Under the pieces are notes generated by a model. The model had not been told where the DNA came from. It saw only the letters and a program-made list of their open reading frames with translations, and ran no database searches. This document shows, piece by piece, positions 9,658-19,008 of a stretch of DNA of 64,000 bases. Each line of letters starts with the position of its first letter. Positions within the stretch are counted from its first letter, which is position 1. The stretch is from contig JBMFOP010000001.1 in NCBI GenBank assembly GCA_049969675.1, positions 22,546 to 86,545 of the forward strand, written 5' to 3'. The position numbers were made by a program, and so were the translations under genes. The stretch is from Myxococcota bacterium. Lineage in GTDB: Bacteria > Myxococcota > SpSt-1050.

Positions 9658-10101
9658 ATGTTGAGAGATTTTCAGGAAAGAGAGAGGAGAAGGTCCCTGA
9701 ATGAGACAGGTATGACACTTCTGGAGATTATGGTGGTAATCACCATAATCGGGATCGTGATGAGCATTGTCGGAGTCTCAGTTATGAAGCAGCTTGAAAA
9801 GTCCAAGAAAGATGCGGCCTGTCTGCAGATCAGAAATTTTGAGGAGGCACTTGACCACTATAAGCTTGAAAAGGGGAATTACCCCTCTACTGAGGAAGGG
9901 CTCGCCGCATTGGTTCAGGCTGGTAAGTTGAAAGGGAAGACAGTTCCCAAAGACCCATGGGGGAGGGACTACATTTATATCTACCCGGGTCAGAATAATC
10001 AGGATGGTCCCGACATTGTCTCCTATGGTGCGGATGGGAGAGAGGGAGGGAGTGGAGATGGTGAGGACCTGAACAACTGGGGTCCTCCGTGTGTAAAATA
10101 G
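9658..10101 (+). CDS. gspG: major pseudopilin GspG (prepilin-type N-terminus)
   Basis: Leader ...NETG then MTLLEIMVVITIIGIV (G-1, E+5, hydrophobic helix). A conserved GspG-like C-terminal region follows. Confidence 0.85.
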   Translation: MLRDFQERERRRSLNETGMTLLEIMVVITIIGIVMSIVGVSVMKQLEKSKKDAACLQIRNFEEALDHYKLEKGNYPSTEEGLAALVQAGKLKGKTVPKDPWGRDYIYIYPGQNNQDGPDIVSYGADGREGGSGDGEDLNNWGPPCVK

Positions 10102-10113
10102 ACGGAATATGTA

Positions 10114-10776
10114 ATGAGACATTGTGAATGTGGAATAACGCTTATAGAGTTTGTTGTGGTAATTGCCATAATGGCATTTGTAATGGGAGTGTCAATTGTG
10201 TCACTCAATAATGTAACATCTTCTGATATGCGTTCTGCTGCATCACAGGTCTCGTCTGCCATCAGATATCTTTATAACTACTCTGCGCTCACCTCCAGAT
10301 ATTGTAGATTTGGGGTAAGGTTGCAGGAGAATACATATAGCGTTGAATGTTCGGATACGCCATTTTATCTCAAGAAGACCCGACTTCAGGTAGTGGGCGA
10401 TGAGGTAAAGAAGGATGAGGAAGGGGATAAAGATAGGGAGAAGAAATCCAATTCATTGTTTGAAGAGCAGGGTGATAAGATATTGAAGGAGCAGAAGGCT
10501 GAATTTTTAGAACTCAAATCCCGATTTTTGAAATCAAAGACACTCCCCGGAAGTATCTACTTTGATTCAATGATGGTGAGTCATCTAAGCGATAGGATAT
10601 TTAAGGGGAATGAATATATCTATTTCTTCCCCGGCGGACAGACTGAGAATGCCTATATCTATCTCTCCGATACAAAGCAGAATATCTATACAATAAGGTT
10701 ATATGCATTAAGCGGTAAGGTGGAGGTCATTGGTGGCTTTGTTGAACCGGAAGAGGAGGAAGAGGAGCAGGAATGA
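10114..10776 (+). CDS. gspH: minor pseudopilin GspH-like
   Basis: Prepilin-like N-terminus CECG then ITLIEFVVVIAIMAFVMG. Position after gspG. Acidic C-terminal tail EEEEEEQE. Confidence 0.55.
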   Translation: MRHCECGITLIEFVVVIAIMAFVMGVSIVSLNNVTSSDMRSAASQVSSAIRYLYNYSALTSRYCRFGVRLQENTYSVECSDTPFYLKKTRLQVVGDEVKKDEEGDKDREKKSNSLFEEQGDKILKEQKAEFLELKSRFLKSKTLPGSIYFDSMMVSHLSDRIFKGNEYIYFFPGGQTENAYIYLSDTKQNIYTIRLYALSGKVEVIGGFVEPEEEEEEQE

Positions 10777-11447
10777 TGACTCAAAAAAGGGAAGAGACTG
10801 GTTTTACACTTTTAGAGGTGATGATATCGCTCGCCATCCTCTCTGTCGCCTTAAGTGCGGTAATAGGTGTAAATATCGGGGCCATGGCAATCACCGGAAA
10901 GTCAAAAGGCATAATACTTGCCGCATCTCTTGCCCGTTCAAAGATGTTTGACCTTGAGGAGGAGCTCCGAATAAAGGGTTTTCCGGACTTTGATGAACAA
11001 ATGGATGGAGACTTTGATGCCGAAGGTCATTCTGATTATAAATGGGTGGCTCAAATAATAAAGATAAAACTCCCACAGTATTCTGCCCCCGAGGATATTG
11101 CATCTATGGCACAGCAGAATCGCGATTCAAATTCGCTCGGTATCTCGCCTGCTACCATATCTCCAGAGATGTCAGCCGCTATGGCCGGGCTGCCGATGTT
11201 TATAAAGCAGATTGAGGATGCCATTAGAGAGGTGAAGGTGACGGTGATATGGCTGGAGCAGGAGAAGGAGCAGAGCCTGACGGTTACTACTCATTTCGTC
11301 AATATACCGGGTATGGAGATGGGAGTTGGGGGAGATATGATTCAACAGATAACAGGCGGTTCGGGCTCTATCCCTCTGCCATCATCGGGTTCAATGAATC
11401 CTTCTGGCTCAACTCCAAAGCTCAATCCGGGAGTTATAACGAGATGA
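10773..11447 (+). CDS. gspI: minor pseudopilin GspI-like with C-terminal extension
   Basis: Classic prepilin N-terminus ETG then FTLLEVMISLAILSVALSAV. ATGA overlap with the gspH stop. Ser/Gly-rich tail. Confidence 0.6.
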   Translation: MMTQKREETGFTLLEVMISLAILSVALSAVIGVNIGAMAITGKSKGIILAASLARSKMFDLEEELRIKGFPDFDEQMDGDFDAEGHSDYKWVAQIIKIKLPQYSAPEDIASMAQQNRDSNSLGISPATISPEMSAAMAGLPMFIKQIEDAIREVKVTVIWLEQEKEQSLTVTTHFVNIPGMEMGVGGDMIQQITGGSGSIPLPSSGSMNPSGSTPKLNPGVITR

Positions 11448-12097
11448 ATAAGAGAGGAATGACATTACTGGAGATTATAGTCTCAGTGAGCATTGTTGCC
11501 GTTATGGCATCGCTGGTATACGGGAGTGCAAAAAGACAGATGGAGGCAAGGGAACTCGCTACGAGGATTGAGGAGAGATACTCAATGGTGAGGATAGCGC
11601 TCAGCCGTATATGTCGCGAGGTCTCAATGGCATTTCTCTCAAATCATATATCACCGGATAAGAGGACTCAGACAATATTTAAGGGCGTAAATGAGAGCCC
11701 TATAAATAGACTGACATTTAGCTCCTTTTCACATCAGCGATTGAGGTCGGATGTGCACGAATCAGACCAGAATGTAATCACTTATTATGGAAGGCAGGAT
11801 AAGAAGAATAGTTCACTTCTAAACATAATGAGGTATGAGAAGAAGATTATTGATGACAAACCCGAGGAGTATCAGGAAGGGGAGGTTCTGGCGAGTGGTG
11901 TGGTAGGTCTTAGATTTAGATACTATGATGAGGAGAAGAGGGAGTGGGTGGATTCGTGGGATACAATGGGTATTGAGAGGGGAAATAAACTCCCCCGATA
12001 TGTTGAGGTAACTTTAACCATTCTGGATGAAAATGGTAAGGAGATATCCTTCGTCTCAAAGGCGAAGATTCAGATACAGAGACCGCTCTCATTCTGA
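11444..12097 (+). CDS. gspJ: minor pseudopilin GspJ-like
   Basis: Internal start MNKRG then MTLLEIIVSVSIVAVMASLVYG. The upstream part of the track ORF (from 11249) overlaps gspI, so the later start is preferred. ATGA overlap with the gspI stop. Confidence 0.6.
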   Translation: MNKRGMTLLEIIVSVSIVAVMASLVYGSAKRQMEARELATRIEERYSMVRIALSRICREVSMAFLSNHISPDKRTQTIFKGVNESPINRLTFSSFSHQRLRSDVHESDQNVITYYGRQDKKNSSLLNIMRYEKKIIDDKPEEYQEGEVLASGVVGLRFRYYDEEKREWVDSWDTMGIERGNKLPRYVEVTLTILDENGKEISFVSKAKIQIQRPLSF

Positions 12098-12104
12098 GGT
12101 AATT

Positions 12105-13352
12105 ATGCAGAGGCTTATAAAATGCAGAGGTTCAAAAGGAATGGCAATGCTCATGGTTGTAACCATTATTGCCATTCTTGCCACAATGGCTATGGACTTC
12201 TCCTATGAGGCTATGATAAATCTGCAGCTTACCTCTACTTATAGAGACGAGGTGAAGGCGTACTTCCTTGCACACTCGGCGCTGAATATCTCCCGACTGG
12301 TAATATTTTATCAGAAGCAGCTGGATTCTATGTTGAAGAGTAATAACCTTGCACAGGTGTTAGGTGGTAATATCCAGCTCTTCAGGCTTATCCCTATTGA
12401 TAGCGAATTTACAAAGTCCTTTGCCAGTGGTGAACTCTTCTCATCGCTGGGCTTTCAGGAGATTAAGGAGGAGAGACCTACCCCTATGAAGGATGTTGAG
12501 AAAGATGAGGGAGAGGGGCGGGCATTTGCAGGGAAATTTGGGGATTTTGAAGGATATTTCAAAGCCAGTATAGAGGATGAAGAGTCAAAGATATCTGTAA
12601 GAAACTTTGATGCCACCCCGTCTCTTAGAAATTTTGCTATGACACAACTTATGCTTTTAATGCTACCGCAGCAGTACAATCCAATCTTTGAAAATAGGGA
12701 TATGGACAATCAATATACAACCCGTGAGGATATAGTGGTGGCACTCAAGGACTATCAGGACATAGATGATAAACAGTTTGACCTCCTCACACAGCAGGAC
12801 ATCGGCCCACCTGAGGATCTATTCTACTCGGCACTTGAAAGGCCATATCAGACAAAGAATGCGCCATTTGATTCTCTTGAGGAGTTAAGGATGGTAAGAG
12901 GTGTGGGAGAGGTCTTCTTTCATAACTTTGCAGATAGGCTTACCATCTATCCCATAAAGAAATTCAACCTCGCAAGCCTTGACGACAGGATGATTTTGAA
13001 CATAATCTGTATGTTTATTAAGGACAGGAATCACCCCATCTGCACAGACCCAACATATACATCTCAACAGAACCTCCTCAGGCGGTTTCAGGAATATAAG
13101 GAGATGAAGATGAGTCAGAACCCGCTATTTGTGGTATCTGTTCAGGATATAAAGGAATTCTGTAACCTTGAGGGGATTATCCTCCATGATGCAATACTTG
13201 GTGTAGGTAAGATGGAGGAGCTGCTCACAATGGAGAGTTCATATTTCAGGATTGAGACCATAGGAGTTGTAGGTAGTGTAAAGAAACGAATTACCGCAGT
13301 AGTATATGCAGATAAATCCAGATCAGAACTTTTGTATTACAGAGAGGATTGA
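12105..13352 (+). CDS. gspK: minor pseudopilin GspK-like
   Basis: Start MQRLIKCRGSKG then MAMLMVVTIIAILATMAM. The prepilin-like helix lacks E+5, as is typical for GspK. GAGGT RBS at 12097-12101. About 416 aa with a large periplasmic domain. Confidence 0.55.
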   Translation: MQRLIKCRGSKGMAMLMVVTIIAILATMAMDFSYEAMINLQLTSTYRDEVKAYFLAHSALNISRLVIFYQKQLDSMLKSNNLAQVLGGNIQLFRLIPIDSEFTKSFASGELFSSLGFQEIKEERPTPMKDVEKDEGEGRAFAGKFGDFEGYFKASIEDEESKISVRNFDATPSLRNFAMTQLMLLMLPQQYNPIFENRDMDNQYTTREDIVVALKDYQDIDDKQFDLLTQQDIGPPEDLFYSALERPYQTKNAPFDSLEELRMVRGVGEVFFHNFADRLTIYPIKKFNLASLDDRMILNIICMFIKDRNHPICTDPTYTSQQNLLRRFQEYKEMKMSQNPLFVVSVQDIKEFCNLEGIILHDAILGVGKMEELLTMESSYFRIETIGVVGSVKKRITAVVYADKSRSELLYYRED

Positions 13353-13354
13353 TT

Positions 13355-14767
13355 ATGCCAAAGAGATACATTTCGGTGAGATTCGGGAATGAATCTTATT
13401 ACGCCCTGATAGGGGAGGAGGTAAAGGGTGGTATAAGGATTTTAGAGAAGAGGTCTATAAAGGTAAATCAGGAGAATCTCTCTGAGAATGGATTTGATAG
13501 AGATGCCTTAAAGACACTGTTTCTCAATGCAGATATTTCAGAGCACATCATAGTCATCCCTTATTATGATGTATATACAGGGATTGTAGAATTTCCACTT
13601 ACAGACCGCAAGAAGATTGAGAACGCACTCTCTTATGAACTTGAAAATGAGACGATGGAGAGCCCTGAGGATCTTATTTCAGACTACAGAATTATTAACA
13701 ATGCAGATGGGAAGACGCAGGTAGCATATTTTGCATCCAGAAAAGAGAACATAAGGAGATTACTTGCTGAGCTCTCAATGATAGGAGTTGACCCAGCCAA
13801 TCTGGTGGCTTATCAGAATCTCTATTCAGGATTTTACAGATATATATTTGATAAGAATTCAGATAGGGCAGTAAAGTCAATTCTGGACTTTTCGGATAAT
13901 ATATTGAGTCTATCCTTTCTTGATTCAGATGGATTTGTCTTCGGGAGGGCATTAAAAGTTGTAGATATAAATGAAGACCTATCTGTTGTAAAGAACTTCA
14001 TCACCACTACCATTCAATATTACAGGATGCGTGCACATAGAGAAGTTGTAAGTACATATATTGTTGCAAAGGAGGAAGAATTTGAATTCTTCTATAACCT
14101 TTTGAGCTCAGAGATAGGACTCAGCACGGTCTCAAAACTGATTGTCAAAGATTCAGATTCAAACGATATTGAGGCCGAATTTGTGATGCCTTATTCCTCA
14201 GTTGTGGCGAGGTCCGAACTCACCAGGAGACAACTCATCAACTTCAGAAAAGACGAGTTTGTCTATAGAGGAGAGTTTGAGTTCTTAAAGAGACAACTAA
14301 TAAAATATGGTATTGCCGTGGTGATTATCGTCCTGCTTGCAATTTCACTTACAATCTACAAATTAAGGGCGCTCTCAAAGTATGATGAGTTATTAAATAA
14401 CTCACTATCTGAGGTCACCAAACAGATATTGGGGAAGCCTTATGACAACTTTACAACCGCACTCGCCGTCATTAAGAGCAAGACCGAACCGAAGAATCTC
14501 TCAATACCTAAGACATCGGCATTTGACTATTTTATGTATTTCTCAGATGCCTTTCCGACGGAGGTTGATGTAAATATCCGAACACTTGAGATAGGTGATA
14601 AGAAGATTCGTATGGAGGGAGAGACTGATTCATTTGAATCAGTGGATAGGGTAGTAAATGCATTAAAGAAGAATAGTTGCTTTAAGGATATAACAAAAGG
14701 GAAGGTCAAGAAATCACCGGATGGGAAGAGGATTGACTTTGACCTTGCAATAACTCCCTCCTGTTGA
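13355..14767 (+). CDS. gspL: GspL-like inner membrane protein (cytoplasmic domain, single TM, periplasmic domain)
   Basis: Positional call: it follows gspK. Single TM YGIAVVIIVLLAISLTIYKL at about residue 320, matching GspL topology. Sequence-level similarity was not verified. Start ATG 13355 (TTG 13349 also possible). Confidence 0.45.
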   Translation: MPKRYISVRFGNESYYALIGEEVKGGIRILEKRSIKVNQENLSENGFDRDALKTLFLNADISEHIIVIPYYDVYTGIVEFPLTDRKKIENALSYELENETMESPEDLISDYRIINNADGKTQVAYFASRKENIRRLLAELSMIGVDPANLVAYQNLYSGFYRYIFDKNSDRAVKSILDFSDNILSLSFLDSDGFVFGRALKVVDINEDLSVVKNFITTTIQYYRMRAHREVVSTYIVAKEEEFEFFYNLLSSEIGLSTVSKLIVKDSDSNDIEAEFVMPYSSVVARSELTRRQLINFRKDEFVYRGEFEFLKRQLIKYGIAVVIIVLLAISLTIYKLRALSKYDELLNNSLSEVTKQILGKPYDNFTTALAVIKSKTEPKNLSIPKTSAFDYFMYFSDAFPTEVDVNIRTLEIGDKKIRMEGETDSFESVDRVVNALKKNSCFKDITKGKVKKSPDGKRIDFDLAITPSC

Positions 14768-14775
14768 GGTGTAAT

Positions 14776-15348
14776 ATGAATAAGAGAGTGGCACAATTGA
14801 GAGATTCACTCAGCATATGGTATAACTCCCTATCAGGCAAGGAGAAGACATTTGTTGTAATATTCTCATCATCACTCTTTGCTGTGATGGTGGCATTTAT
14901 AATAATTTTCATATCTTCTACAATAAATAGTCGATATACGGAGATAGAGGAGAAGGAGAAGAAGTTGAGGGAGATTATAGAAAATAAAGATAAATACAGA
15001 GAGGCAGAGCAGGCACAGAAGGTATTTGAACAGAGGCTGAAGGGAAATAATGTGAATCTATTCTCTTTTGTTGAGGAGATATCCAGAAGACTTCAGATAG
15101 ATATATCCGATATGAATGAGAGGGAGAGTCCGGTCCAGAAGGGAGATAAGATAAAAGAGCAGACGCTGGAATTGAATATCTCAAAGATCCCGATGGACAG
15201 GCTTGTGGATTTTATGAAGGAGATTGAGAAGGGGCAGTATCTGGTAAAGATAAAGAAGCTCAAGATAAATACGAGATATGAGAAGGAGAATAGGACTCTC
15301 AATGTAAATATGATTGTAGCCACATATAAGTCAGTAACCAGGGAATGA
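14776..15348 (+). CDS. gspM: GspM-like bitopic membrane protein
   Basis: About 190 aa. N-terminal TM FVVIFSSSLFAVMVAFIIIFI plus coiled coil. Positional, after gspL. GAGGTG RBS before ATG 14776. Confidence 0.45.
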   Translation: MNKRVAQLRDSLSIWYNSLSGKEKTFVVIFSSSLFAVMVAFIIIFISSTINSRYTEIEEKEKKLREIIENKDKYREAEQAQKVFEQRLKGNNVNLFSFVEEISRRLQIDISDMNERESPVQKGDKIKEQTLELNISKIPMDRLVDFMKEIEKGQYLVKIKKLKINTRYEKENRTLNVNMIVATYKSVTRE

Positions 15349-15354
15349 TATATT

Positions 15355-16236
15355 ATGAAGATAAAGAATATTCTTATTTATGCAGGTTATGTTCTGGCAT
15401 TCTTTATAAGCCTTTATATTTTTGTCTATCTTACACTTCCAGATGAGAGGATAGCGAAGTTCTTTGTTGATAGATATACTGCCATTTATGGTGTGAATAT
15501 AACCTACAGGAGTGCAGGGATTACTCCTTCTATGAATATCCTCTTAAAGGAGGTAGAACTTATGATAACGGATATCCCGCAGAAGATAAAGCTTGATAGA
15601 GTAGAGGCTGGAATCTCCTTATCTGGTTATCTCTTTGGTACAAAGCCACTTATTTTAAAGGCAGAAATCTCGGGCGGAAGTATCAGGATAAATGCGGGTG
15701 CGAAGAAGGAGAAGATATATTTATCGCTCAATGTCTCAGATTTAGATATTATGAAAGTGGATTTTATAAAAGATAAGACGGGACTTAATATAAAGGGTCA
15801 ACTGAATCTCCAGCTGGATATTAAATATGATCAGAAAGAATCAAAGAATAACAGTGGGAGTATATCAATTGAGATAAAGGGTTCAGAGATAAAAGGTGGA
15901 AAGGTTATGGGTTTTGAGATCCCATCTGTAAATACAGGAGATATTAAAGGAGAGATAGATATAAAAGAGGGGAAATTTAAGGTATCAAACTTTAAATCAA
16001 AGGGGAAAGATGTGGAGTTGAGGCTCTCGGGTGAAGGTGGATTCCTATCGCCGCCATCCAGAGGGAATCTCAATCTCTCACTAAGGGTCAGGCCATCACA
16101 GGGATTTATTGATAGAGAGGAGAAGCTCAAGACGGTCCTCTTCGGGATCGGTAGTTCACTTGATAAGGAAGGCTTTTACAACTTCTCAATTAAAGGTACC
16201 CTCTCAAATCCAGCATTTAATATAGAGAAGAAATGA
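15355..16236 (+). CDS. gspN: GspN-like protein (putative)
   Basis: 293 aa with N-terminal TM YAGYVLAFFISLYIFVYL. Last gene of the block, positional. Lys/Gly-rich low-complexity periplasmic part. Confidence 0.35.
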   Translation: MKIKNILIYAGYVLAFFISLYIFVYLTLPDERIAKFFVDRYTAIYGVNITYRSAGITPSMNILLKEVELMITDIPQKIKLDRVEAGISLSGYLFGTKPLILKAEISGGSIRINAGAKKEKIYLSLNVSDLDIMKVDFIKDKTGLNIKGQLNLQLDIKYDQKESKNNSGSISIEIKGSEIKGGKVMGFEIPSVNTGDIKGEIDIKEGKFKVSNFKSKGKDVELRLSGEGGFLSPPSRGNLNLSLRVRPSQGFIDREEKLKTVLFGIGSSLDKEGFYNFSIKGTLSNPAFNIEKK

Positions 16237-16260
16237 CACAGACCATAATTGATAAATAAT

Positions 16261-16564
16261 CACATCTGTCCAAAATAATTTTTTCATTGAAGCCATAAGA
16301 TATTTAATCTTTAAGAGGGGCTTTATATGAATATGGATTGCAGCAGTTTTTGACAAATCCTACAGATAGACCCTTTAAGACCCCACCAATTGTGCCTGAT
16401 GTAGGGAAACCAACATTGAAGGTTACAAAAGTTGGACAGCATTTAGAAGAAATTATATTGAAGAAAAGTGGGCAACCCGATCTTTAAAATGTGAATTTAT
16501 CCATACAAACCCCTTATTTTACAAATAGTTAAATTCTCAAAGGAGATTGTTTTGGACAGCAGTG
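16261..16564. mobile_element. MITE-like repeat, short (internally deleted) copy
   Basis: Ends CACATCTGTCCAAAATAA (16261-16278) and TTTTGGACAGCAGTG (16550-16564) form imperfect terminal inverted repeats. The arm is about 75% identical over about 135 bp to the arm of the 55291-56050 copy, in opposite orientation. Confidence 0.6.
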
Positions 16565-17241
16565 ATATTTAACGACTATTTTTCCCAACTTTATAACAAA
16601 AGTTATCAACTGCAAATAGAGAGAAACCTTTTGAGTAAATATAGTATTCTGGATGTGCTAATAAACATAAGTGGGAAGTTTTTAATCCACTTAATAGCGC
16701 CTGAAATAGCCAGACAAACGAGGAGATTAATAGAAAAAACAGACCATCATATTACTTAAAAATTGGGAAGTTAGGGCTTAAATTTTTCCTCTATTGCTCT
16801 GGTCTATAAAGTGTTATACAGGGCTCTCTAGAGGGATTCAGATATAATTTTATAAGCTTTTAATATGGCATAAGGTAGATTACAACAACCACAGACTTAT
16901 AAAAGTCTATTATGATAATGATATTGGCAATGATGAAATCGCGGACGATTATATAGAATCTATCTATAAATCACTGAGAGATGCAAGGTATATGAACAGG
17001 TGCTTATAGAAGATGGATATGTGCAAAAGATTTAGATGATTTTTTGTAGATACTGCCAATGAAATTAACAAACTTTTGGATTTCTTAATCGTAACTTCTT
17101 TAAGGCTTACATTAAAATTTGTGCATATGTGTCAAAATGGATATATTAAAATGTCTGGATAAAAGTGAGTAAATGTCTGTTTTTTTACTTTACTTTATTG
17201 TTTTGTTTTTTTATTTATCAGAGAGTTGTAAGGGAGTTTTT

Positions 17242-18459
17242 ATGTTTATCTCATCTTTTGGAATGACAGATGTAGGGCGGAAGCGTCCTCACAATGAAGA
17301 TAATTTTTTTGTGGATAATGATAATAAGATTTATATAGTTTGTGATGGTATGGGCGGGGCAAATGCCGGGGAGGTCGCATCCAGAATGGCGGTTGATATA
17401 ATAAGTGCAAGGATGAGGGAACGGATTGATGAGATAAGGGAGTTGAGCTCAGAGAATACATTTGATTCAAAACAGAAGATAAAGACAATTATAAGTGATG
17501 CTGTATCCGAGGCGAGTCTTAAGATATTTGAGATTGCATCAAGAGAGGAGAGTAAGAAGGGGATGGGGACGACCCTGGTGATGCTGATAATCTGTGGAGA
17601 GAACGCATTTGTTTCAAATGTAGGAGATAGCAGGGCATATCTGATAAGGGATAATCAGGTCTATCAGATAACCGAAGACCATACTCTTGTTCAGGAGCAG
17701 CTCAAGAGGGGACTTATTACACCCGAGGAGGCAAAGAATGTAACTTATGGGAATGTAATTACGCGGGCGGTGGGTGTTATGGAATCAGTTATGGTGGATA
17801 CTACCCACATAGAACTGATGGCAGGTGATATATTCCTCCTCTGCACAGATGGCCTGCACGGATATACAGAGGATAAGGATGTGCTATCATTTATAACCTG
17901 CTCTACCCTTGAAGAGATGGCGAACTGTGCAATAGAATTTGCAAACAGAAGTGGGGGTAAAGATAATATCACAGCGATATTTGTAAGGGTCTCCACAGAG
18001 CTCAAGACCGAGGTCCCGGCATCAGATAAGATTAATCTCCTCAAGTCAGTAAGACTGTTCAAATACTGCTCATATCAGGAGATTATGAAGGTCCTATCAG
18101 TTGCAACGATAGAGACATTTGAAAAGGATGAGATTATACTTATGGAGAATGAGCCCGGGGAGGAATTTTATATCATCCTATCTGGAGAGGTGCTGGTTAA
18201 AAGCAACAGTAAGCCAATCGCTACATTGGGAGTAGGGAAGCACTTTGGAGAGATGTCTCTTATTGACCTTGCACCGAGGTCAGCCTCTGTAGTCACCACT
18301 CAGCCCTCCAAATTAATCAAGATCAAGAGAAAGGACTTTGTAGCCCTCATTAAGGAGGATACACATCTGGGTATCAAGTTGTTGTGGTCATTCTTGCAGG
18401 ACCTTTCGGATAGGTTGAGGATTACAAATATTGAATTGATAAAACACCTGAGTCAGTGA
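17242..18459 (+). CDS. PP2C-family Ser/Thr phosphatase fused to a C-terminal cyclic-nucleotide-binding domain
   Basis: N-terminus has PP2C motifs: FGMTDVGRKRPHNEDNF, IVCDGMGGANAGEVAS, LCTDGLHGY, GGKDNITAIFV. The C-terminus is CAP-family cNMP-binding: GEEFYIILSGEVLV...FGEMSLIDLAPRSASVVT. Confidence 0.75.
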   Translation: MFISSFGMTDVGRKRPHNEDNFFVDNDNKIYIVCDGMGGANAGEVASRMAVDIISARMRERIDEIRELSSENTFDSKQKIKTIISDAVSEASLKIFEIASREESKKGMGTTLVMLIICGENAFVSNVGDSRAYLIRDNQVYQITEDHTLVQEQLKRGLITPEEAKNVTYGNVITRAVGVMESVMVDTTHIELMAGDIFLLCTDGLHGYTEDKDVLSFITCSTLEEMANCAIEFANRSGGKDNITAIFVRVSTELKTEVPASDKINLLKSVRLFKYCSYQEIMKVLSVATIETFEKDEIILMENEPGEEFYIILSGEVLVKSNSKPIATLGVGKHFGEMSLIDLAPRSASVVTTQPSKLIKIKRKDFVALIKEDTHLGIKLLWSFLQDLSDRLRITNIELIKHLSQ

Positions 18460-18590
18460 GGAGAATGGATTGATTTTACTCTATCAATTGTGTGAAATAT
18501 AATTGTTATATTTTGCGAGACAGAAGATCGATTTTTATATTTATTTGCAACTTTTTGAGCAGTGATTAATCTAAATAGATTGGAGGAGAT

Positions 18591-19004
18591 ATGGCATTTA
18601 AGGTCACATGGAAAAAAGATATGTTATTTGAAGGGGAGAGTCCAGAAGGGCATAAGGTAATGATGGATACCTCAAAGGAGCATGGAGGGAGTGATTCAGC
18701 CGCTGCTCCGATGCAACTTGTTCTACTTGCACTTGGCGGTTGCACAGGTATGGATGTAATAGCAATCTTAAGAAAGATGAAGAATATCCCCGAGGAATTT
18801 TATATGGAGATTGAATCTGAGAGGGCACCTGAGCACCCGAAGGTTTATAAGAAGACCAATATAAAATATGTCTTTGTTGGGGATTTGAAAGAGGAGAATG
18901 TAAAGAAGGCTATTGAATTATCTCAGACCAAATACTGCTCGGTCTCTGCTATTTTGAGAGGAGTTGGTGAAGTAAATTATAGTTACGAAATAAAGAGGAG
19001 GTAG
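18591..19004 (+). CDS. OsmC/Ohr family peroxiredoxin-like protein
   Basis: 137 aa. OsmC-like signature AAPMQLVLLALGGCTGMDVIAIL...KYCSVS, with the two conserved Cys. Confidence 0.7.
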   Translation: MAFKVTWKKDMLFEGESPEGHKVMMDTSKEHGGSDSAAAPMQLVLLALGGCTGMDVIAILRKMKNIPEEFYMEIESERAPEHPKVYKKTNIKYVFVGDLKEENVKKAIELSQTKYCSVSAILRGVGEVNYSYEIKRR

Positions 19005-19008
19005 GCAG

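Noticed and set aside
3103-16236. Interpretation of the secretion operon as a type IV pilus cluster
   Set aside because: It has a PDZ-containing GspC and the C-D-E-F-G-H-I-J-K-L-M-N order. There is no PilT retraction ATPase, and no PilM/N/O/P upstream of a terminal PilQ. This matches T2SS, not T4P.
16547-16759. 70-aa ORF in the gspN-PP2C spacer
   Set aside because: It starts inside the terminal inverted repeat of the MITE-like copy. There is no RBS. The composition reflects AT-rich non-coding DNA.
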